From an uncultured Lentisphaerota bacterium (lineage in GTDB: Bacteria > Verrucomicrobiota > Lentisphaeria > Victivallales > GWF2-50-93), in the NCBI GenBank assembly GCA_903872565.1, contig CAIQLG010000189.1:1-62603 (forward strand): a DNA stretch of 62,603 nt, in the 5' to 3' direction. The notes beneath the pieces are model-generated. The model saw only the letters and a program-made list of their open reading frames with translations. It did not search any database and was not told the origin of the DNA. A program made the position numbers and the translations under genes. This document shows positions 32,716 through 41,798 of the stretch, piece by piece; positions within the stretch are counted from its first letter, which is position 1; each line of letters starts with the position of its first letter.

Positions 32716-33501
32716 TTATTTCCTGACATATCCTTCAATGGCATTTGAGATTTTCAGGATATTTTCAGGGGAAACCGAATTGCCGCTGCATTCGATGAAT
32801 TTTGGTAGAGCCTTCTGGTTTAAAACCCAGACTTCCGGCTTGTGGGGCGAACTCTTTTTAACCCACCATTCGGGGAATAGAATTACCGGTTGGATAAAAA
32901 TATCGAGGCCAGTCTGTTTTACAATAAACTCTCTCAGCCATCTTGACTGGGCTTTCGCCTGAATTATTGCGTCTGTTTCAGGCGGACCCCCATTTATCCG
33001 GATGGAGTCACCATCATAAAGGACTGAAATCTCGCCCTTCGATGGCTTCATTCTGGTCTTTGTCTCGATTGTGTAAACTCCATCGCAGGAAACTACCACG
33101 TGGTCAATGTTCCAGGATTCGCCGGGAATATCGTGATAGACTTTGTATCCTTTCTCCTTGAAAGAATCAAGGAATTCGCCGATGAACTTTTCTCCTTTAA
33201 GTCCAAGATTCAATGAATCTGCCACTTTTTTGAGACTGATAATTTTCAGAGATGCATAGATGATGACGACAGTTGCAATAACAGTGAAAAAGCAGTTTGA
33301 CAAAAATAAATGACTCCTGGAAAAATATGAGAGCCAATTCATAATAGTGGCGATAAAGAAAAGCGCGGCAGCAAGGAAATAAGGAAGCATCCTGTCATTG
33401 AAAAGACGATCCAATTCCTCGTTCAAGGACTGCCCGGCATTTCGGAGAGGCTTCTCAGTAATTGGATTCCTTTTTCCCTGCCTATTGAATATTCCAGCCA
33501 T
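32716..33501 (-). CDS. NERD (nuclease-related domain) protein with two N-terminal TM segments
   Basis: Two hydrophobic helices, then GLKGE, VYHDI, NIDHVVV, GVYTIETK and QAKAQ. Confidence 0.85.
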   Translation of the reverse strand: MAGIFNRQGKRNPITEKPLRNAGQSLNEELDRLFNDRMLPYFLAAALFFIATIMNWLSYFSRSHLFLSNCFFTVIATVVIIYASLKIISLKKVADSLNLGLKGEKFIGEFLDSFKEKGYKVYHDIPGESWNIDHVVVSCDGVYTIETKTRMKPSKGEISVLYDGDSIRINGGPPETDAIIQAKAQSRWLREFIVKQTGLDIFIQPVILFPEWWVKKSSPHKPEVWVLNQKALPKFIECSGNSVSPENILKISNAIEGYVRK

Positions 33502-33674
33502 TATTTATTGTCCTTTAAATGAAAATTATAATTTTGAATTTACAGCATTTCCCCTTCAATCGCAAGCCAATATATTCATCCAATACCAGTTATCCATAGC
33601 TTCCTGACAAGCGAGAATGGGCATACGACTCGTCGGAGCGAAGAAAGAAGCTGTGGAAAATTTCAAGGGAAATC

Positions 33675-33770
33675 TTATTTCTCCTCCTTGCCGTTCTCCT
33701 TCTTCTCATTTTCCTCGGCAAGATTCAGGAGCAAATCTATCCACTTGTCATTGTCGTTTTTCTGATTCAT
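33675..33770 (-). CDS. Putative 31-aa peptide translationally coupled to the ATPase
   Basis: ATGA overlap with the ATPase stop. MNQKNDNDKWIDLLLNLAEENEKKENGKEEK*. Confidence 0.35.
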   Translation of the reverse strand: MNQKNDNDKWIDLLLNLAEENEKKENGKEEK

Positions 33771-35158
33771 TTTTCAGGTTTGTAGATTTTAATTGTTTTG
33801 AAAAGCTCCTTGATCAGCCTGCTGGAATCATCCGAATTTCCCTCTTGAGCTGACCTGACAAGCGGAAATTTCACATGGCATGGGCTTATCCTGCCCTTGA
33901 TTTTCACAAGGCCTTCCCCGACCTTGAGTCTGTCGAGATATACATCCTCGTCCTTCTGGAGAAAGAGCGCCTTCTTCGCGGCCATAAGGTCATCCTCGTT
34001 CTGAAGACCAAGAATAATCAGCGTGTTTGAGTTTCCTGTAAGATAAATCGGGGTCATTGATGGATGCTGAGTGATGTAGACAAGTCCCTCTCCAAAGCTT
34101 CTGATTTCCCTGAAAAGACTTTCAAGAGAATTGTTAGCCTGGGATTCAATATGCGTTTTGGGAAAAAGATTGTGGACCTCCTCGAGAAAAATCACATGCT
34201 GAAGCTTCTTAGTCTCACCCCTGTGAAGCCTATAGAGATGGATGAATCTTAGGACAATCTCCGAAAGAAACGTTCTCAAGGGTTTTGGGAGTTCAAAATC
34301 GAGTTCAAGTATGACAGGCTTCTCAAGCAATTCCTCAAGTTTAAGTGGATCCCTCGCGTTGAAAGACCTCGATGCCGGACCAAAAGTGAAAGTCTTCAAT
34401 ATCCTCATGCAACTGTCCCTCCAGAGCATTCTTCTGCCTCTGAACTGACTCTTCTCAAGTTCCTCTCTGGCATCATGGAAGTTTGGGAACTTGTCAATTT
34501 TTCCGTCGTAAAAACCGCATTTTTCAAACTGATTGTCAAAGAGATCTATGAAAATGTCCGCGACACCCGGACCTGAAATATGGGTTTTCTCCAGAACTTC
34601 GGCCAGAATGCTTATCCATGTTTTGGGATGAACTCCTGGAGGCGGTCTCAACGGATTCCAATGGAAGGGCGTGTCCGAGTTACGCCCGACGGAATAGACC
34701 TGAATATTTTTCGCTTTCTCATCCGACAAGTTTCTTATCTGTCTATATGAACGCTTCCAGTCAATCACAAGAAAAGGAATGTCTTTTTCAAGCAGTTCGA
34801 GAAGCAGCAGCTGGGCGACATTTGTCTTACCTCCTCCTGTAATTGCGAAAATTCCGATGTGCTTGATGAAATTCTCCCTTTCAAGACAAAGAGGGAACAG
34901 TTTTCTATTGGCATAGCAGACTGACCCGAGTTTGAATTCTCCTCCTGCATCTTTTTGTTCCGGAGGCGGCAGCAAAATACTTCTGTCGCTTACATCCCTC
35001 CCAAGATGCCTTGCGGCGAACATGAAAATCATGGATTCCGCCTCCTGTCTACTTTTTGGAGTCTCGGATGTGACATAGGCAAGCCAGAGATTGTCGGCCT
35101 TGATTCCTATAAGAGGTCTGAGTTTAACGCAAAGATCCTTAAGCTTTAAGTCTATCAT
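33767..35158 (-). CDS. HerA/VirB4-like (DUF87) P-loop ATPase
   Basis: HIGIFAITGGGKT, VIDWK, FLEEVH, FREIRSFGEG and ITQHPS. Confidence 0.85.
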   Translation of the reverse strand: MIDLKLKDLCVKLRPLIGIKADNLWLAYVTSETPKSRQEAESMIFMFAARHLGRDVSDRSILLPPPEQKDAGGEFKLGSVCYANRKLFPLCLERENFIKHIGIFAITGGGKTNVAQLLLLELLEKDIPFLVIDWKRSYRQIRNLSDEKAKNIQVYSVGRNSDTPFHWNPLRPPPGVHPKTWISILAEVLEKTHISGPGVADIFIDLFDNQFEKCGFYDGKIDKFPNFHDAREELEKSQFRGRRMLWRDSCMRILKTFTFGPASRSFNARDPLKLEELLEKPVILELDFELPKPLRTFLSEIVLRFIHLYRLHRGETKKLQHVIFLEEVHNLFPKTHIESQANNSLESLFREIRSFGEGLVYITQHPSMTPIYLTGNSNTLIILGLQNEDDLMAAKKALFLQKDEDVYLDRLKVGEGLVKIKGRISPCHVKFPLVRSAQEGNSDDSSRLIKELFKTIKIYKPEK

Positions 35159-35633
35159 TCATGAATTCCTCCTTTTTCTTCTGGAATTCACCATCAATTA
35201 TTTTTTCAAGTCCGCCACCGCCTTTCATCAGCCTGGCTCTTGCAGTCGCCTGCTGATGCGCCTCCCATCTGGTTATGAAATGATTGTTCATTACTCCCAC
35301 AACATCGTTCCAGCAGGAGATGTCCTGATCCCTTTTTTCCCTGCGGAGTTCGTCGGACATGCTCTGAAGCTTCAGAAAGCTGTCCCTGTAGGTGTATTTT
35401 AGTGCACCGGCGTTCCACAAAGTTTTCATGCCTCCGACTAAATCCTCCAGACTGCCCTGATCATCTTCGATTCTTCTCAGATTGTTTCTTCTGATACCAA
35501 GCCTTGCCTTGACTTCATGCAGGAGCATCCCGAGAATGCTTTTGAGGATTTTTGTTCTCTGATGTATGAATTCATCTATGGATTCGTCCTGAATTACATC
35601 TTCTTCCTGTCTTATCTCGTATTTTGTTACCAT
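35139..35633 (-). CDS. Hypothetical helical/coiled-coil protein
   Basis: Overlaps the ATPase start. Probable start MVTKY at 35633 (ORF track starts at 35672), downstream of a TTTATAT box. Confidence 0.55.
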   Translation of the reverse strand: MVTKYEIRQEEDVIQDESIDEFIHQRTKILKSILGMLLHEVKARLGIRRNNLRRIEDDQGSLEDLVGGMKTLWNAGALKYTYRDSFLKLQSMSDELRREKRDQDISCWNDVVGVMNNHFITRWEAHQQATARARLMKGGGGLEKIIDGEFQKKKEEFMNDRLKA

Positions 35634-35690
35634 TTTATGATTGTACCTGCATTCAGAAGGGTGAGACAGCATATAAACATTGTCCAGTTT

Positions 35691-35746
35691 CTATTGGGAA
35701 AATGAATCATCGAAATTCCCAATAGTTTATGAGAAAGATTTATATA
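35691..35746 (+). promoter_or_regulatory. Inverted repeat plus archaeal-style BRE/TATA promoter
   Basis: CTATTGGGAA-N15-TTCCCAATAG (35691-35725). GAAAGA-TTTATATA (35733-35746) ends 25 nt before ATG 35772, with no SD apart from GGTG. Confidence 0.5.
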
Positions 35747-35768
35747 CCGGAAATGTCGTTATCAACTG

Positions 35769-36359
35769 GTGATGAAAAAATGGGAGGTGGATTGGATAAA
35801 AAGAGGAAGGCAGAAACAGGCGATATTCAGGGTGATTCAAAACCCCATGACTCCTGCGGAAATACTCGGGAGATCAAGGGAAATCAATTCAAAAATTACT
35901 TTCGGAGATGTCACCAACATTGTCCGCATGGGAGAAAAGAAGGGGATCGTAATTTGCCTGACTCCCGAAAGACTGACAGGCAGGATTTACTTCCTGACAA
36001 AATATGGGAGAAGCCTGGTCAATGATACTTATGGACTTAAAATCAGGAGGGAGAGAGCTGGAATTGACTGGGGCAAGTATGCTGATATTGCTGCTGGAAA
36101 GACCAGAAGGCATGTCCTGCTTGCGCTGGATCATGCTGGAATTCAGCATAAGACAGGACTCACGCTGGCGCAGATCAGAAGAAGAGTGAACAGCAAATAT
36201 CCCACAAGCCTCAGCCAGATGCAGTCCTCGGTCAGGCCGCTGGCAAGGAACGGGCTTGTGACAATGACAGGATTTACAAAAAAGAGGAGCTTGAAACAAT
36301 ATGAACTGACGGATGAGGGAATGGCGATGAGCGGATATCTGAGGGAAATTTCCCAATAG
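35769..36359 (+). CDS. Tandem winged-helix DNA-binding protein
   Basis: Two wHTH-like units: MTPAEI...YFLTKYG and LTLAQI...YELTDEG. Confidence 0.75.
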   Translation: MMKKWEVDWIKRGRQKQAIFRVIQNPMTPAEILGRSREINSKITFGDVTNIVRMGEKKGIVICLTPERLTGRIYFLTKYGRSLVNDTYGLKIRRERAGIDWGKYADIAAGKTRRHVLLALDHAGIQHKTGLTLAQIRRRVNSKYPTSLSQMQSSVRPLARNGLVTMTGFTKKRSLKQYELTDEGMAMSGYLREISQ

Positions 36360-36401
36360 ATGTTCGAGAAGGTTTTTCTACCATGATTACGATAGCTGTG
36401 C

Positions 36402-36590
36402 ATGGATGACACAAACGAAATAGAAACAATGGTTCTGAGGCTGAAGGATGAAATGCTTGTTGATTTGAATCCGAAGTTTGACGACCTGTCTTCTAAAATC
36501 CAGGATCTCGAGGAAAGTATCAATGAGGCGCTTCAAGCCCTTGACGAGAGGAGATATCTGACAGATAACAGGGAGTTTTTCGAGGAGTGA
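36402..36590 (+). CDS. Small acidic coiled-coil hypothetical protein
   Basis: 62-aa ORF co-oriented between the wHTH and HTH-like genes. Confidence 0.5.
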   Translation: MDDTNEIETMVLRLKDEMLVDLNPKFDDLSSKIQDLEESINEALQALDERRYLTDNREFFEE

Positions 36591-36615
36591 ATTCTATAAT
36601 GGTAAATTCAAAGGG

Positions 36616-36963
36616 GTGTTTGCCGATATAGAAAAGCGAATCTGGATTAGAAGCGGAATAGTCGAAGAACTGGACATGAAGCAGTCAAGGCTCATCGAGT
36701 ATGTGCTTGAAAAGATAAGGCACTATTACAATGAACTTTACGGGACAAGACGATGCTACAGCTATCCTCTGACGCTTTCACGTCTAAGGAAGCTCTGCAA
36801 CCGAAGTTCGTACTCGATAATGGGCGCGGTGAGAATCCTTGCGAACACAGTCCCCTATGGTTCGAAAGAAGAGCCTCCGATACATTACGACAGGGTAAAA
36901 TCAGGCAGGAACAATTCGCATAGACCATATAGGATTTGGTTGAGGAGAGAACATCGACAATAA
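36616..36963 (+). CDS. Hypothetical protein, possible HTH
   Basis: GTG start. HTH-like segment LTLSRLRKLCNRSSYSIMGAVRIL. Confidence 0.55.
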   Translation: MFADIEKRIWIRSGIVEELDMKQSRLIEYVLEKIRHYYNELYGTRRCYSYPLTLSRLRKLCNRSSYSIMGAVRILANTVPYGSKEEPPIHYDRVKSGRNNSHRPYRIWLRREHRQ

Positions 36964-37068
36964 TTTATATATGGCCATCTTTTGTGTTTGAGCAAAAACG
37001 ACATTACCCCATTCCCACAAAGTATTTATGATTTCTAAGAAGCCATATAAACCGCATATTTGAGCAAC

Positions 37069-37590
37069 TTATGGAGTCCCTTTTTCCTCGATCATCTTTC
37101 TTGCCCTTTCCAAAAGGCCAGAATCTTTTTCCGCTTCCTTCTTTATGTGGAAAGCTATGGGTAGATCATTCAGTCTATGCCCGTCAGAACCATTATTCTG
37201 AATCCAGTCGATCCATCTGTCAACATTGCCATCAAACAGCCTGAACAGAATTAGAAAGCTTGTATAGTATTGTATAACATCTTCCTTTTCTTTTTTTTTC
37301 TTGCCTGATTTTTTTAACCCCCACTTGATTTTATTACGGACACAATATTCAAACAATAATACAATTATGGCTTTTAGCTCTTCTGGATTATTCCCAAACT
37401 GATCCACGACGACAGCAAACTCTTCATGTAGTAGAGATAAATTGTCAACTCCTTTGGCGGAGCGATAACTACATTGAGTCTCCCCAACGCATGCACCTAT
37501 TAAATGGTCTAAATCATCGAACAAGTCCTTTGAATTGAATTCTACTTCACAACCTGAGGATAAGATAATTTTATTGGGAAGGTTAGGCAT
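37069..37590 (-). CDS. Hypothetical protein
   Basis: Long AT-rich ORF. Likely ATG at 37590 after GAGGT. Confidence 0.6.
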   Translation of the reverse strand: MPNLPNKIILSSGCEVEFNSKDLFDDLDHLIGACVGETQCSYRSAKGVDNLSLLHEEFAVVVDQFGNNPEELKAIIVLLFEYCVRNKIKWGLKKSGKKKKEKEDVIQYYTSFLILFRLFDGNVDRWIDWIQNNGSDGHRLNDLPIAFHIKKEAEKDSGLLERARKMIEEKGTP

Positions 37591-37703
37591 ATTTGACCTC
37601 TTTTGTTTATAATCCAAATATTGCATTACACACTCGGATTTCAACTGTTTTCGAGAAAAAATAATTCTGTGTCTATGTTTTATAATATTATACTTCCAAG
37701 AAT

Positions 37704-37738
37704 CCCCACAATACTATGTATTGTAATCAATCCCACTT
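37704..37738. repeat. Dispersed 32-35 bp repeat, copy 1
   Basis: cccCACAATACTATGTATTGTAatcaatcccactt. 28/32 identical to copy 2. Confidence 0.85.
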
Positions 37739-37765
37739 TTGCCTGCCAGAAAAACCGTAATCTGA

Positions 37766-37804
37766 TCGAAAGATATAAATACTAGCGGCATTTATATCTT
37801 TTGA
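37766..37804. repeat. 15-bp inverted repeat (1 mismatch, 9-nt spacer)
   Basis: TCGAAAGATATAAAT-actagcggc-ATTTATATCTTTTGA. Confidence 0.75.
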
Positions 37805-38097
37805 AATAAACAAAACGCAGAAACGAGAGCGAAACTTTTTCTATGCCTCTGGTGAACATTCAGAATAATTCCAATGTCCATACATTTTTAGTATTTGTAA
37901 GGGAGTCTGAATTTCTCCTGACTCCCGGTGGGAGCATTAGGAAAAATTCAAACGCCCGCACATTCATGCTATTTAGGCTTAATTTATTAGGAAAAAAGCA
38001 AGGAAAGGCAAAGAAGGCAAAGGTTGGAAGGAAGGTTATTGGAAAAAAGAAGAAGCTATAAGAGCTAATTCCATATAATTTGATTGGAAAACACCCA

Positions 38098-38129
38098 CAC
38101 AATACTATGTATTGTATTTAAACCCTCTT
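38098..38129. repeat. Dispersed repeat, copy 2
   Basis: CACAATACTATGTATTGTATTTAAACCCTCTT. Confidence 0.9.
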
Positions 38130-38212
38130 GGAATATTAGTTTTAACAAAGGTATTGCCTCAAAGGCCATGAATTATTTGCGCAAATGTATCGGAAAATTT
38201 TAGGATTTCCCT

Positions 38213-38241
38213 TTGTAAGTTGACCATAGTACGATTATAAT
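38213..38241 (+). promoter_or_regulatory. Sigma70-like promoter
   Basis: TTGTAA-N17-TATAAT upstream of the HTH gene and operon. Confidence 0.55.
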
Positions 38242-38292
38242 ACAACCTTATGTGATTTGATATGACTTTATCTATGCTACATAGGGAGCAAA

Positions 38293-38499
38293 ATGATAAT
38301 CGAAAAATGGTTGTCGCTGGACGAAATCGCGAAATACCTGCAAGTCCGCAGGGAGAGTATATATCGGTGGCTGGTCTCAAAAAAGATGCCTGGACACAAG
38401 GTGGGCCGCCATTGGAGGTTCAAGCGAAGCGAAATTGACAAGTGGGTTCGCTCCGGAAAGGCAAGCGACGATATACGCCGTGAAAAATACTGGGAATAG
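38293..38499 (+). CDS. Excisionase-family HTH_17 DNA-binding protein
   Basis: WLSLDEIAKYLQV...IYRW...PGHKVGRHWRF...IDKWV. SD AGGGAG. Confidence 0.9.
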   Translation: MIIEKWLSLDEIAKYLQVRRESIYRWLVSKKMPGHKVGRHWRFKRSEIDKWVRSGKASDDIRREKYWE

Positions 38500-38614
38500 T
38501 ATTGATACAAAAAGAGTTACAGTATGAGCCAAAAAGTTAAAAGAAAGCTACAAAGCTTTTTTCAGAGTATTGAGTTTTTTAAATTGACCCCATGATTAAT
38601 AAGGAGGAAGTTTA

Positions 38615-39364
38615 ATGTTTGATCCTAAAAAGTTCACCGCCCCAACCGCCAAACCACTTCCGGTCGTTTTACTTCTAGATGTCAGCGGGAGTATGCATGG
38701 TGCAAAAATTCAGAACCTCAATGAGGCAGTAAAGGACATGTTGGAAACATTTCGCGGCACAGAAAACATGGAAACCGAAATCCATGTTGCGATCATCACC
38801 TTTGGCGCGGAAGTGAAACTGCACCAGGCTCTGGCCAGAGCTGGGGACATCAACTGGCGTGACTTGTCCGCATCTGGCGGGACGCCGCTCGGCACCGCGT
38901 TCAAAATGGCGAAGGCGATGATTGAGGATAAGGATGTGGTGCCATCACGCGCTTACCGCCCGACAGTTGTTTTGGTCTCGGACGGACGCCCAGGCGACAG
39001 TTGGAGGCAACCACTTGACGATTTCATCGGCAAAGGGCGTTCCTCTAAATGCGACCGCATGGCAATGGCCATCGGCGCAGATGCGGATGAAGGCGTCCTC
39101 GGGGAATTCATTGCCGGCACCAAGAATCTGCTCTTCTACGCCGAAAACGCCAAGCAGTTACGTGAGTTCTTCAAATTCGTCACCATGTCGGTCACGATTC
39201 GGACAAAATCGCAGAAACCAGATGTTGTGCCGAACCCGAACGAAATAGAAGTTAAACCAGCCACTATTGAAGAGCGGAAGGAAAAGCCGAAACAGTCGCC
39301 TGTGCCAAAGCAATCCGGCGAAAAGACGACAAACGAGCAACCAAACGAAGAAGGATACTGGTAA
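38615..39364 (+). CDS. terY: TerY-like vWA protein
   Basis: LLLDVSGSM (MIDAS), GGTPLG, YRPTVVLVSDG and AMAIG. SD AAGGAGG. Confidence 0.9.
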   Translation: MFDPKKFTAPTAKPLPVVLLLDVSGSMHGAKIQNLNEAVKDMLETFRGTENMETEIHVAIITFGAEVKLHQALARAGDINWRDLSASGGTPLGTAFKMAKAMIEDKDVVPSRAYRPTVVLVSDGRPGDSWRQPLDDFIGKGRSSKCDRMAMAIGADADEGVLGEFIAGTKNLLFYAENAKQLREFFKFVTMSVTIRTKSQKPDVVPNPNEIEVKPATIEERKEKPKQSPVPKQSGEKTTNEQPNEEGYW

Positions 39365-40146
39365 TGTTCGACGCAAGTAAATTCACGGTGCCTAAGGCAA
39401 AGCCATTGCCAGTTTTCCTTTTGCTGGATGTCAGTGGTTCGATGGGAGAAGTCGTTGATCCCGAAAATGTCCGCAGAACAGGACAGACGTTAGTAAGCGA
39501 CGGGAAGACATGGGAATTGGTCGAGGGCGGGACTACAAAAATCCAAATCATGAATCAGGCCGTAAAGCAAGTGATTGATACCCTTGCCACCGAGGAGAGG
39601 ATGGAGACTGAGTTCCTGGTTTCGATCATTGTATTTGGCGACAGGGCGGAGCAACATCTCCCGCCGACGGCCGCATCGTCTGTTAAATGGACGGATATGA
39701 CGGCTAACGGGAATACGGCAATGGGAGAAGCGCTCAAAATGGCGAAAGAGCTGATTGAGGATAAAAATGTTGTCCCTTCACGCTCCTACCGACCAACGGT
39801 GGTCTTGGTTTCGGATGGACAACCGACGGACGAATGGCAAGTTCCATTGGAGTCTTTTATTAATGATGGCCGTTCCTCCAAATGTTTTTTTATGGCGATG
39901 GGGATAGGCGAGGCTCACGGTATAAAGGTGCTTGACCGCTTCATCTCTAAAACTCCAGTCTTGGCGGAGGTGAATGGGCATGTAATCAAGAATATCGTGT
40001 TTCATGCGACAGAAGCGGATAAAATACATGATTTTTTCCTCAAAGTTACAATGTCGGTAACTACTCGTAGCAAATCGCAGAATCCAAACAGCGTCCCAAA
40101 ATCTACGAAATCAGGTTCATCCGAAGAAGATAATGGTTATTGGTAA
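39364..40146 (+). CDS. terY: TerY-like vWA protein, paralog 2
   Basis: LLLDVSGSM, GNTAMG and YRPTVVLVSDGQP, with an insertion after the MIDAS motif. Confidence 0.88.
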   Translation: MFDASKFTVPKAKPLPVFLLLDVSGSMGEVVDPENVRRTGQTLVSDGKTWELVEGGTTKIQIMNQAVKQVIDTLATEERMETEFLVSIIVFGDRAEQHLPPTAASSVKWTDMTANGNTAMGEALKMAKELIEDKNVVPSRSYRPTVVLVSDGQPTDEWQVPLESFINDGRSSKCFFMAMGIGEAHGIKVLDRFISKTPVLAEVNGHVIKNIVFHATEADKIHDFFLKVTMSVTTRSKSQNPNSVPKSTKSGSSEEDNGYW

Positions 40147-40207
40147 GGAGGATCTAGTTGGGATACAAAATATAGACTTTATGCAACTTTCGAATTGGAG
40201 GTAAAAT

Positions 40208-40477
40208 ATGCCACAGGCAGTCGGAGATCCAGATGAACTGGAACGTTTCGCGCAATCCTTGCAACAGTTCGTTGATTCGCTCAACGATGCTGTTGGTAAC
40301 CTCAATGGAGCATTCGCCTCGCTTGGTGACACCTGGCAGGACGAGAAGCGGGCACAGTTTGAGGAGCAGTACAATACACTCGTTCAACAATTGAGGCAGT
40401 TTGATTCGAACGCAACGGAACAGATTCCATATCTGACCGCGCTTGCGGCCCGGTTGCGCGACTATCTGCAAAGTTAG
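40208..40477 (+). CDS. WXG100/EsxA-like protein
   Basis: 89-aa helical hairpin with DPDELERFA and a central W-x-D variant (TWQD). SD GGAGG. Confidence 0.85.
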   Translation: MPQAVGDPDELERFAQSLQQFVDSLNDAVGNLNGAFASLGDTWQDEKRAQFEEQYNTLVQQLRQFDSNATEQIPYLTALAARLRDYLQS

Positions 40478-40487
40478 AGGAATCATC

Positions 40488-41798
40488 ATGGCGCAAGTCT
40501 CTATCGGACAAGTTGAAAATCTGGAAGATCTCGCACGGGGACTGGAGTCCGTTCGCGAGGCTCTGGAGTCAGCATGCCGAGAACAAATCGCCGCGGCAGA
40601 AGGCAAATATGCGGAGGCGCGGGAGGAGACGCAAAACAGCGAGAGCATGTTGGAAAATGCCTGTCAGGCTGAGATGGAGGCACAACAGGCAGTTGAAGAT
40701 GCTCAACAGAATTTGGAATCAGTCGAAGCTGCTTTAAGTGCTGCTGTATCCACGTTGTCGGATTGTGAGGCGCAACCTTCCGATGAAGAAGGCAGGGGGC
40801 CAGACTGCTCTGGTGATGAGGCTGCTGTCGCAGATGCGCAAGAGGTTGTCACAGAGGCGCAAAAAGCTGTCGCAGAAACGAAAGCCGAGCTGGAGAAAGC
40901 TACTGAAAACCGCCAGAGTATGGAACAGCGCGTAGAATGTGTAAAACAGGCATTGGCGATAGCAGAGACACTTTTTGAACAGGCCAAACAGGAATGTGCA
41001 TCCCGCATTAATGCAGTATGCAATGCCATAGAAATTGGTAAAACTCGTCTGACTGCCGCGCAACATGCGTTGAAAGCATATCTCGCGACCAATCCGTCTG
41101 CGGCACAGTTCCACTCATGGCTGCATTGGCATCCTGAACAGGGGAAGCCGATAACGCCGGATGTCATACGTGACCGTATGAATCTATCCGTTGAACAACA
41201 GCATTTGCTACAGGAGTATCTCTATGACAGAAATCCTGCTTATCGGAATTTAATTGACAAATATCGCGGAGAATGGGCGACGGCAAAGGGCGATGTCGAA
41301 CGCAACATAGTCAACCGTGAAACCCGGATACATCTGTGCGGCGAGTTCGCGGAACAAATAGCACGGCATGCACTTGCTCCATTAGGCGGGAAAATCGAAA
41401 CGCAGGGGCGGACTTTTGTGGGGGACGGCGGCAGATATACGAAGACGGATTTGCTTGTGACGGACTTGCGTGTTCCGGTCATTCTCGGTCGTGGTGATGG
41501 CATGGGGGCACCGGCTGGCGGCTCGATGGCGTTTGAGGTGAAATGCGGCAAATCGGATTACCTCTACGCGCAGAAGGAGCACATGACATTCCAAGCTGAG
41601 GGTCATAAACAGGCGGATGCGCATTGCACCCTCTGTTCGCGGGACATCCATGACCTGCCTCCGGAGAAAGAAAAAGAATTGCGTGATGCATTGCGAGACG
41701 CCGGCTCGCCGATGGTCGGCATGTTGCCGACAAAGAATGATATCGACCAATCGTGCCTCGAATTCATACGGGAAGGCGCGGAGGAGGAAAAAAAATGA
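40488..41798 (+). CDS. Coiled-coil protein with C-terminal restriction-endonuclease-fold domain
   Basis: Start MAQVS after GAGG. Long coiled coil, then GEFAE...KTDL...FEVK (E..D..ExK). Confidence 0.7.
   Translation: MAQVSIGQVENLEDLARGLESVREALESACREQIAAAEGKYAEAREETQNSESMLENACQAEMEAQQAVEDAQQNLESVEAALSAAVSTLSDCEAQPSDEEGRGPDCSGDEAAVADAQEVVTEAQKAVAETKAELEKATENRQSMEQRVECVKQALAIAETLFEQAKQECASRINAVCNAIEIGKTRLTAAQHALKAYLATNPSAAQFHSWLHWHPEQGKPITPDVIRDRMNLSVEQQHLLQEYLYDRNPAYRNLIDKYRGEWATAKGDVERNIVNRETRIHLCGEFAEQIARHALAPLGGKIETQGRTFVGDGGRYTKTDLLVTDLRVPVILGRGDGMGAPAGGSMAFEVKCGKSDYLYAQKEHMTFQAEGHKQADAHCTLCSRDIHDLPPEKEKELRDALRDAGSPMVGMLPTKNDIDQSCLEFIREGAEEEKK

Noticed and set aside
37766-37804. Inverted repeat as an archaeal Xer dif site
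   Set aside because: The AGATATAA/TTATATCT arms look dif-like, but they are 13 bp apart rather than the canonical 6 bp.
37843-38102. Overlapping 72-aa (+) and 80-aa (-) ORFs
   Set aside because: Low-complexity Lys-rich or Phe-rich translations of a purine tract, with no SD or motif. Not called as genes.
38293-38499. Excisionase as evidence of a prophage
   Set aside because: No integrase or phage structural genes. HTH_17 genes commonly head defence operons as regulators.
38615-40146. Tellurite-resistance operon
   Set aside because: No terZABCDE genes. TerY here belongs to the TerY-P/CoCoNuT-like conflict context.
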